DNA of 64,000 nucleotides from Deltaproteobacteria bacterium (GTDB taxonomy: Bacteria; Desulfobacterota; Syntrophia; Syntrophales; UBA2210): contig JAFDBG010000002.1 of assembly GCA_019313385.1 (NCBI GenBank), positions 4,202 to 68,201 of the forward strand, given 5' to 3'. The translations under genes and the position numbers were made by a program. This document shows positions 57,227 through 64,000 of this stretch, piece after piece (the stretch's first letter is position 1; every line of letters starts with the position of its first letter). The notes under the pieces are model-generated. The model made no database searches, had not been told where the DNA came from, and worked only from the letters and a program-made list of their open reading frames with translations.

Positions 57227-57254
57227 CCCAAAATGCGATATGGAGGTAGTGATT

Positions 57255-57599
57255 ATGAAGATATTTCTGAAGGTGATGAAGGCCCTGTCCGATCCGAGTC
57301 GTGTCAAAATAATGAAAATGTTGCAAGAACGGGTCATGTGCGTTTGTGAAATCAAGGAGGCACTTGGCATTGCCCAGTCCACCGCCAGCAAGCATTTGAA
57401 AATTCTTGAAGCCGCCGGACTGATTACCTTTCATAAAGAAGGACTGTGGGTTAATTACACATTGTCAGACGGTGGCAATAGTCCCTATGCGGCCAGTCTG
57501 ATCGGCAACCTGAAACACTGGCTGGATGATGATCCTGAGGTTATTGAGTTGGTAAAACTACTGCCGCAAATCCGGAGGGAAAATATCTGCGGAGGTTAG
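57255..57599 (+). CDS. arsR: ArsR/SmtB-family metalloregulator
   Basis: ATG 57255 after GGAGG. VMCVCEIKEALGIAQSTASKHLKILEAAGLI gives a CVC metalloid site followed by a wHTH. Confidence 0.9.
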   Translation: MKIFLKVMKALSDPSRVKIMKMLQERVMCVCEIKEALGIAQSTASKHLKILEAAGLITFHKEGLWVNYTLSDGGNSPYAASLIGNLKHWLDDDPEVIELVKLLPQIRRENICGG

Positions 57600-57715
57600 T
57601 GTAATTTTTTTTGCCATTCATAAATCGCTATATCGCTAAGCAGGAAATCAAAGGACGGCACTCACTACCTGGAGAGTTTCCAGCAGATCGAAACAGATAT
57701 TAAAGGATATTGTCA

Positions 57716-58888
57716 ATGAAAGAACGAATCAAACTATTGCTGATCGCCGGTGTTTTTTTAGCGGCCTATTACATCCCATGGAGCCATCCATTAATACGCC
57801 AGTCAGGTCTTGAGGCATTCATGATGCTTCAGGAATACGCACGGCAACATGTGCTGACCTGCCTGATTCCGGCCTTCTTCATTGCCGGAGCCATCGCGGT
57901 CTTTGTGTCGCAGGGATCAGTCCTTAAATATTTTGGTGCCCGGGCCAGCAAGATCCTGTCCTATTCCGTGGCCTCCGTGTCCGGTTCAATTCTAGCGGTA
58001 TGCTCCTGCACTGTGCTGCCGCTTTTTGCCGGCATTTACACGCGGGGCGCCGGTATCGGCCCGGCAACGGCTTTTCTTTATTCCGGACCCGCCATCAACA
58101 TCCTGGCCATCACACTCACGGCAAAGGTCCTGGGCTGGCAGATGGGACTTGCCCGAGCTATCGGCGCGATATTCTTTGCCATCGTTACCGGTCTGCTTAT
58201 GGCCCTGATTTTCCGGAAAGACGACGCGGCGCGTACTTCAGGACAGATATATGTGCCGGAGGCCAACGCCGATCATCGCTCCCTGCTGCAAGACAGTCTG
58301 TATCTCTTGACTATGGTGCTGATTCTGGTGTTCGCCGCCTTTGCCAGGCCTGCTTCCGATGCGACCGGTTTATGGCCGATGATCTTTGCGTATAAATGGT
58401 ACATCACCACCGCTCTGCTGGGTATCCTGGCTTTCATGCTCAAGGCCTGGTTTACAAAGAATGAATGTGTCAATTGGGTGGAATCTACCTGGGGTTTCAT
58501 GAAACAGATATTTCCGCTTTTAATCGGAGGTGTGCTGGTGGCCGGCTTTTTGCTGGGGAGACCGGGACATCCGGCCCTGATACCGGAACAGTATGTCCAA
58601 TCACTATTGGGTGGAAACTCGATATGGGCCAATCTGTTTGCCTCGGTCGCGGGCGCGCTGATGTATTTTGCCACCCTGACTGAAATTCCGATCCTCCAGG
58701 GGCTAATAGGCTCAGGCATGGGCAAGGGGCCTGCTCTGGCCCTGCTCCTGGCCGGTCCCGCCCTGTCACTGCCGAACATGCTGGTGATCGGGAGCGTGAT
58801 GGGCGTCAAAAAAACGGTTACCTTCTGCGGTATCATTATTATTATGTCCACGATTGCGGGTCTAATTTACGGCAGTTTTGCCGGATAA
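57716..58888 (+). CDS. COG0701/PF03773 permease (ArsP-related family)
   Basis: Polytopic, with ILAVCSCTVLPLFAG (CSC motif). This type commonly follows arsR. Confidence 0.8.
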   Translation: MKERIKLLLIAGVFLAAYYIPWSHPLIRQSGLEAFMMLQEYARQHVLTCLIPAFFIAGAIAVFVSQGSVLKYFGARASKILSYSVASVSGSILAVCSCTVLPLFAGIYTRGAGIGPATAFLYSGPAINILAITLTAKVLGWQMGLARAIGAIFFAIVTGLLMALIFRKDDAARTSGQIYVPEANADHRSLLQDSLYLLTMVLILVFAAFARPASDATGLWPMIFAYKWYITTALLGILAFMLKAWFTKNECVNWVESTWGFMKQIFPLLIGGVLVAGFLLGRPGHPALIPEQYVQSLLGGNSIWANLFASVAGALMYFATLTEIPILQGLIGSGMGKGPALALLLAGPALSLPNMLVIGSVMGVKKTVTFCGIIIIMSTIAGLIYGSFAG

Positions 58889-58926
58889 AAGTAACCGAAA
58901 AACTTTTTGAAAAGGAGATAAAAAGA

Positions 58927-59160
58927 ATGGAGATCAAAGTATTAGGACCTGGTTGTGCACGGTGTCAACAGACGGAACAAATCGTCAGGGAGGCGGTAGC
59001 GGAGGCCGGTGTGGAAGCTCAGATTGAGAAGATCACCGATATCATGAAGATCGCCGGTTACGGAGTATTCGGCACGCCGGCGGTGGTTATCGATGGCGAG
59101 GTAAAGAGCGTCGGCAAAATCCCGGGTAAAGAAGAAATCAAAACCTGGATTGGGAAATAG
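58927..59160 (+). CDS. Thioredoxin-fold protein (redox-active disulfide protein 2 type)
   Basis: 77 aa; MEIKVLGPGCARCQ (CxxC). Confidence 0.85.
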   Translation: MEIKVLGPGCARCQQTEQIVREAVAEAGVEAQIEKITDIMKIAGYGVFGTPAVVIDGEVKSVGKIPGKEEIKTWIGK

Positions 59161-59188
59161 GGAACAAGACAAAAAGAAGGATATCCAT

Positions 59189-59584
59189 ATGAAATATCGT
59201 TTATTATTGGCACTGGTTGGAGGCGTCCTGTTACTGGCACTGACCACGGGGACCCTCCCGGCTGCTGAGCAGACTACGGACTTTGGCAGTGTGCCCGTCA
59301 AAGGAATGGTCACCATGATCGACTTGGGCGCTGACAAATGCATCCCCTGCAAGATGATGGCCCCGATCCTGGAAAAGATGGGGAAAGTTTATGAAGGAAG
59401 AGCTGCCATCGTTTTCATCGATGTGTGGAAAAACCGGGAGCAGGCCGAGCGGTTCGGCATACGGCTCATCCCCACGCAGATTTTTTTCAACTCCGAGGGG
59501 CAAGAGGTCTATCGCCACGTGGGGTTTATGGGGGAAGAGGATATCATCGCGCAGCTTGAAAAAATGGGAGTAAAAAGAGGATAG
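59189..59584 (+). CDS. Secreted/periplasmic thioredoxin
   Basis: Signal peptide MKYRLLLALVGGVLLLALTTGTLPAAE and active site GADKCIPCKMMAP. Confidence 0.85.
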   Translation: MKYRLLLALVGGVLLLALTTGTLPAAEQTTDFGSVPVKGMVTMIDLGADKCIPCKMMAPILEKMGKVYEGRAAIVFIDVWKNREQAERFGIRLIPTQIFFNSEGQEVYRHVGFMGEEDIIAQLEKMGVKRG

Positions 59585-59591
59585 ATTTCAG

Positions 59592-60317
59592 GTGTTTGAT
59601 ACAGTTTTCTTAACGATTAATCAGTGGATCGTTGGCGGGACGGCTATTGCCGCGCTGGGTTGTTTTTTGTGGGGGATGGTAAGCGTCCTTTTCAGTCCAT
59701 GCCATCTGGCATCGATTCCCCTCGTTGTCGCCTACGTAGGCGGTCAGGAAAGGGCTATCCATCCAAAACAGGCCGCCGTGTATTCGGTATCGTTTACCGC
59801 CGGCCTGTTTATCACCATCGCACTGATCGGGATCATTTGCGCCTTGCTGGGCCGGATGCTGGGAGACGTGGGTAACTACTGGCAGATCCTGATCGGCGCC
59901 ATATTGATCTGGGTGGCCCTGGGCATGCTCGGTGTGGAAAAATGCTCCATGTCGGGAAGTCTGCTTTACCGCCTCAATTTAGGAGGGATATTCGGCGCGT
60001 TTGTGCTGGGTCTGGCTTACGGCGTGCTCTCCGGATCATGCACATTCGGATTCATCGCTCCGATGCTTGCTATCATTATTGTCCAGCAGAAAGTCGCGAC
60101 AGGAATACTGTTTATCCTGCTTTTTGCGGTGGGACATTGTCTGCCAATCGCGGTTGCCGGAAGCTCGGCGGCCGCCGTCAGAAAACTGATGGAGAACAGC
60201 ACGTGGCAGGGGACGGGCACCTGGTTCCGCAAGGGCGCGGGGGTGCTGATCGGCCTGCTGGGGCTCTACTTTATAATCAACCCGCTCGCGGGCTTAATCA
60301 ATGCAATCGTATCGTAG
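59592..60317 (+). CDS. ccdA: CcdA/DsbD-family transmembrane thiol:disulfide electron transporter
   Basis: GTG start. Membrane-embedded Cys in [12 protein letters not shown] and [14 protein letters not shown]. Confidence 0.88.
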   Translation: MFDTVFLTINQWIVGGTAIAALGCFLWGMVSVLFSPCHLASIPLVVAYVGGQERAIHPKQAAVYSVSFTAGLFITIALIGIICALLGRMLGDVGNYWQILIGAILIWVALGMLGVEKCSMSGSLLYRLNLGGIFGAFVLGLAYGVLSGSCTFGFIAPMLAIIIVQQKVATGILFILLFAVGHCLPIAVAGSSAAAVRKLMENSTWQGTGTWFRKGAGVLIGLLGLYFIINPLAGLINAIVS

Positions 60318-60325
60318 GAGGTAAG

Positions 60326-61414
60326 GTGACGTCTCAAACAAAACAACTTTCATTTCTGGACCGCTTTTTGACCCTGTGGATCTTTATGGCCATGTTCGTC
60401 GGCGTCGGGGGCGGATACTTCTACCCGGACATCCGCAGTGTGATTAACCAGTTTCAAGTTGGCACCACCAATATCCCCATTGCCATCGGTCTGATACTGA
60501 TGATGTACCCACCCCTTGCTAAGGTCAAATATGAGCAACTGGGACAGGTTTTTCGTAATTTTAAAGTTCTGTTGCTTTCCCTGGTCCAGAACTGGATTAT
60601 CGGTCCCATCCTGATGTTTCTTCTGGCGATTACCTTTCTCTCGGGTCATCATGAATATATGGTTGGCCTGATTCTGATCGGGCTGGCCCGTTGCATTGCA
60701 ATGGTGATCGTCTGGAACGACCTGGCCGACGGCGATACGGAATACTGCGCGGGGCTGGTGGCGTTTAATTCCATCTTTCAGGTCCTCTTCTTTTCTATCT
60801 ATGCTTACATATTCATTACCGTCATCCCTCAATGGCTTGGACTAAAAGGCGCGGTGGTAAACATCTCCATCGGTCAGATTGCTGAGAGCGTTTTTATCTA
60901 TCTGGGCATCCCCTTTATTGCCGGCATCATCTCCCGGGTGATCGGCCTGAAGATAAAGGGCAGGCAGTGGTATGAAAAAAAGTTTATTCCCATGATCAGC
61001 CCGATTACATTGATCGCGCTGTTGTTTACTATTCTGGTGATGTTTTCACTTAAAGGCGAATATATCGTCCAGTTGCCGCTGGATGTCATTCGGGTGGCAA
61101 TCCCGCTTTGTGTCTATTTTGTGGTCATGTTCTTTGTGTCATTCTTTCTGTCGATGAAAGCTGGGGCCACTTACGAACAATCTGCAACACTGAGTTTTAC
61201 TGCGGCGTCCAACAATTTCGAGCTGGCTATCGCCGTGGCGGTGGCGGTGTTCGGCATCGATTCGGGGGTGGCATTTGCCGCAGTAATCGGCCCTCTGGTA
61301 GAAGTGCCTGTTTTAATTGGTCTGGTAAACGTGGCACTGTGGTTCAGAAAAAAATATTTTTCATATGCAGTGGAAACTCCCACAGGAATTTGCCATGTGT
61401 CCTGCAAGCCCTGA
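60326..61414 (+). CDS. acr3: Arsenite efflux permease Acr3
   Basis: GTG 60326 after AGGAGG gives [19 protein letters not shown]. Conserved [13 protein letters not shown]. The ORF-track start at 59942 is a spurious extension across ccdA. Confidence 0.93.
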   Translation: MTSQTKQLSFLDRFLTLWIFMAMFVGVGGGYFYPDIRSVINQFQVGTTNIPIAIGLILMMYPPLAKVKYEQLGQVFRNFKVLLLSLVQNWIIGPILMFLLAITFLSGHHEYMVGLILIGLARCIAMVIVWNDLADGDTEYCAGLVAFNSIFQVLFFSIYAYIFITVIPQWLGLKGAVVNISIGQIAESVFIYLGIPFIAGIISRVIGLKIKGRQWYEKKFIPMISPITLIALLFTILVMFSLKGEYIVQLPLDVIRVAIPLCVYFVVMFFVSFFLSMKAGATYEQSATLSFTAASNNFELAIAVAVAVFGIDSGVAFAAVIGPLVEVPVLIGLVNVALWFRKKYFSYAVETPTGICHVSCKP

Positions 61415-61483
61415 AAGGTAATGAGGTGTTTCAGATATTATTTGATATATACACCTTGAAGTATAAAAAGGATTTATGAGATT

Positions 61484-62002
61484 ATGCCTATCCGAGACCG
61501 ATCACATTGGCGACATGCCTTCTGGCAAATACCTGCAATTATTTTATTGGCCGGTCTTGTTGGAATCTGTGTCAATTATCTCCGCCCTGATTCTATCCCG
61601 ATAGTCGGCGACTGGTCTGCTAAAACAAGTATGGCTGCGGCCACTCAAGATAAGCTGTCTATACCACTTGCAGGGGCCGCAAATCTGTTTTCAGAGCAGC
61701 TCGCGGTGTTCATTGATGCCCGTGACGAACAGGAGTATGCGGACGGTCATATCAGGGGGGCGTTAAGCCTGGCATGGGACGACGCAAGCGAGCGCTTTCC
61801 GGAAATTGCCGGGGATATCCCCTCCGGTACGATGATTATCACTTATTGTGATGGAGAAGGATGTCACATGAGCTACGACCTGGCGGTCTTCCTGCGGGAT
61901 AAGGGGTTCGAAAATGTCTGGGAACTGGCAAACGGCTGGACGGTCTGGCAGGACGCCAATTTGCCTGTTGAAGAAGGAAATGCTGTCTCCCCCCGAGGAT
62001 AA
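61484..62002 (+). CDS. Membrane-anchored rhodanese-domain protein
   Basis: Basic N-terminus plus one TM, then IDARDEQEYADGHIRGA and active-site loop ITYCDGEGCHMS. Confidence 0.85.
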   Translation: MPIRDRSHWRHAFWQIPAIILLAGLVGICVNYLRPDSIPIVGDWSAKTSMAAATQDKLSIPLAGAANLFSEQLAVFIDARDEQEYADGHIRGALSLAWDDASERFPEIAGDIPSGTMIITYCDGEGCHMSYDLAVFLRDKGFENVWELANGWTVWQDANLPVEEGNAVSPRG

Positions 62003-62008
62003 AAACCC

Positions 62009-62497
62009 ATGGAAGAAAAAAGCTGCTCTTATAGCCAAGATGCGAAACAGCATCCCCAAATAATGTATGCAGGCATTTTATACCATGCCGCACGATGGAT
62101 ACTCGGGATTGTATTCATTTATGCCAGCCTCCATAAAATCCTCTACCCGGCGGCTTTTGCGGAGGCAGTCTATCGCTATCAGATCCTGCCGGACTGGCTG
62201 GTAAACCTTACCGCCCTTGTGTTGCCCTGGCTGGAGCTTTTCCTGGGCGTCTTTCTCATCATCGGACTCTGGATGCCCGGAGCGGTTGTAATAAGCAATC
62301 TCCTCTTTATAATATTCATGAGCGCCCTGTCGTATAATATGGCGCGGGGACTGGATATAAGTTGCGGGTGTTTTTCCACCTCGCCCACGGCAGGTGCGGC
62401 AGACATCTGGACTGTTTTGCGAGATGGGATGCTTCTGATCGTTTCTCTTTACCTTTTGTTTGCTACTTTTGCACGAACTGTGCGCGTAAGGGATTAA
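62009..62497 (+). CDS. MauE/DoxX-family membrane protein
   Basis: Four hydrophobic segments. ARWILGIVFIYASLHKI and a CGC pair (ISCGCF) fit the MauE type as I recall it. Confidence 0.72.
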   Translation: MEEKSCSYSQDAKQHPQIMYAGILYHAARWILGIVFIYASLHKILYPAAFAEAVYRYQILPDWLVNLTALVLPWLELFLGVFLIIGLWMPGAVVISNLLFIIFMSALSYNMARGLDISCGCFSTSPTAGAADIWTVLRDGMLLIVSLYLLFATFARTVRVRD

Positions 62498-62629
62498 TAT
62501 AAGAGCAATGGCAAGTCCATATCATCCATTCTGAAGAACCGTATTTTTTTGTGTGATGTTGCCTATGCGGCCTCCTTGAATTTCCTCTGGTTGAGTCTTT
62601 TTTCCGATTTCGATGAACGATCCTTCTAT

Positions 62630-63745
62630 TTAATATAAAAACAGATCCACAAGATAGCCTGCCACGATAGCCACCAGAAAAACATTCAGAATGAAGGCGA
62701 AGATCAGTTTCTTCTTGAGCATGGAAGTGAGTATAATGATCTCCGGGATGCTCGCCCCCGCCCCGCCTATGATGAGGGCCAGAACCGTTCCCAGCCCCAT
62801 CCCTTTTCCAACGAGCGCGGCACTGATCGGGATAATGGTTTCCGCCCGGATGTACATCGGCACCCCGATGACCGCCGCGATCGGGATGGACCAGGGGTTG
62901 CCCGGCCCCGCTAGTTGTACGACTAGGTCCTGTGGAAAAAACCCGTAGATTAAGGCTCCGATTGCGGCGCCGAGGAGAAGGTACCAGAAGACTCCCTTGA
63001 ATGTGTCGACGGCGGACAGGGATGCCCTTTTGATTTTTGTTTTGAAAGGAATCCGCGCCGCGCCGCCTCCTTCGTCTACATCGAAGTTGACAGAACAGCA
63101 GGGCGATTGAACCGCCGGTTGATCGGTTGTCCCTGTTTCCACGGGACAGCAACCTCCTGCGGCCTGAAGGGTCGGAAACGTGATCAAGGTCACGGGCGGA
63201 GCAACTTCGGAGGCGCAGCAACCGGTCTCTGCAAAGCCTGTGTTCACGGGACCAATCCCCGGCTTCGCCTTCTGGTCGCAGCAGGAAACCTCCAGACCGA
63301 CCAAGGCCTTAATCTGGTTTTGCAGTCCCATTTGCGACAACAGGGCTGCCGTCGCCATGGAGCCGAAGAAGGTGATAACGACATAAAAGGCCGTCACTTT
63401 GTAGCCAAAAAGCGAGAGTAGCAACGCGATGATGACCGGGTTCAAGACCGGCGAGGAAAAGAGAAACGCCATCACGGGGCCGAAAGGAACACCCCCCTTG
63501 AGCAGGCCGGCAGTGATTGGAACGGTGGAACAGGAGCAGAAAGGTGTGAGCGCCCCCAGGCCCGAACCCAGGAGATATTGCACCACGGTCAGCTTGTTGG
63601 ACAGAAAATCCCGGATGCGAGACGGCGGGAGATATTCCGTTAGCAGTCCGATGAGAAAGGAAACTGCGACAAAGATCAGAATGAGTTCACCGGCAATGAT
63701 CAGAAAAAATTTACCGGCGACCAAGACACTATTCAGTTCAAACAT
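62630..63745 (-). CDS. COG0701/PF03773 permease with Cys-Cys-rich central loop
   Basis: LTPFCSCSTVPITAG motif. The ~85-aa central loop contains SCC, GCC, GCC and PCC. Confidence 0.8.
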   Translation of the reverse strand: MFELNSVLVAGKFFLIIAGELILIFVAVSFLIGLLTEYLPPSRIRDFLSNKLTVVQYLLGSGLGALTPFCSCSTVPITAGLLKGGVPFGPVMAFLFSSPVLNPVIIALLLSLFGYKVTAFYVVITFFGSMATAALLSQMGLQNQIKALVGLEVSCCDQKAKPGIGPVNTGFAETGCCASEVAPPVTLITFPTLQAAGGCCPVETGTTDQPAVQSPCCSVNFDVDEGGGAARIPFKTKIKRASLSAVDTFKGVFWYLLLGAAIGALIYGFFPQDLVVQLAGPGNPWSIPIAAVIGVPMYIRAETIIPISAALVGKGMGLGTVLALIIGGAGASIPEIIILTSMLKKKLIFAFILNVFLVAIVAGYLVDLFLY

Positions 63746-63757
63746 AGTTTGACCTCT

Positions 63758-64000
63758 TTATTTGTTGACTATGTCAACATTATATCCGTTTATAATCTTT
63801 TTATCCTGTGCCGTCTGAAGAAAAGATTTAAGGCTGATGATCAGAATTTTCCGCATGGCCGGATCCATTGCCGCGAGTATCACCAGCATCTTATTTTTGA
63901 GCTGGTCCTCAATCCGGTGTAAAAGAGATTGGCCGTCTTCAGTTAAAGTAACACAACACACTCTTCCGTCTTGTTGATCCTGTTCGCGATGAGCCAGGCC
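63758..64000 (-). CDS. MarR-family transcriptional regulator, C-terminal part (5' end outside the window)
   Basis: The frame is open to the window edge. REQDQQDGRVCCVTLTEDGQSLL matches the MarR wing/helix region. Confidence 0.65.
   Translation of the reverse strand, partial: GLAHREQDQQDGRVCCVTLTEDGQSLLHRIEDQLKNKMLVILAAMDPAMRKILIISLKSFLQTAQDKKIINGYNVDIVNK

Noticed and set aside
59942-60325. 5' extension of the acr3 ORF (490 aa in the ORF track) overlapping ccdA in another frame.
   Set aside because: The extension is Arg/Gly-rich nonsense. Acr3 homology begins at GTG 60326, directly after an AGGAGG RBS and the ccdA stop.

Overview
Hand annotation without tools; all coordinates and repeat alignments were derived by eye. 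The window is 64 kb of chromosome from a Gram-negative anaerobe. Gene content (glpABC, COG1900 homocysteine route, selA, Isf-type flavoprotein, pilMNOPQ, waaA, rho) suggests a Desulfobacterota/Syntrophia-like organism, but the taxon is inference. About 67 protein genes and one tRNA-Gly(CCC) are supported. Positions 1-56 kb are core housekeeping: glpQ fragment-glpABC; rnd; SSS symporter; prmC-murA-hisD; rimP-nusA-infB-rbfA-nrnA-truB-rpsO-pnp-dut; a COG1900 gene; ftsB-pilMNOPQ; queF-yhhQ; pepP-gcvH-lipM-like-hisC; rpsU; LOG-holA; rpe; waaA; rho-rpmE-prfA; rluD-pgeF; radical-SAM-selA; def; M29 aminopeptidase; PAS-GGDEF; mobA-adh; azlCD; eamA. Positions 57.2-64 kb are a compositionally distinct arsenic/thiol-redox island, using CGN rather than AGR arginine codons. 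It reads arsR-permease-Trx-Trx-ccdA-acr3-rhodanese-mauE, followed by a convergent marR-permease pair whose permease has a loop with four vicinal Cys-Cys pairs. The strongest non-genic signal is at least six unrelated short repeat families (A-F) that fill most spacers longer than 100 bp. In places they donate a stop codon (glpC), donate an apparent start (eamA), or erase a start (azlC). Other items are a 19-A homopolymer across the pilO stop and pilP start, and a perfect 27-bp palindrome between the divergent radical-SAM/selA and def promoters. I saw no CRISPR array, prophage, defence or intact toxin-antitoxin module. I do not claim a wholly new system; the ars-redox operon and the Cys-Cys permease are the best candidates for undescribed biology.
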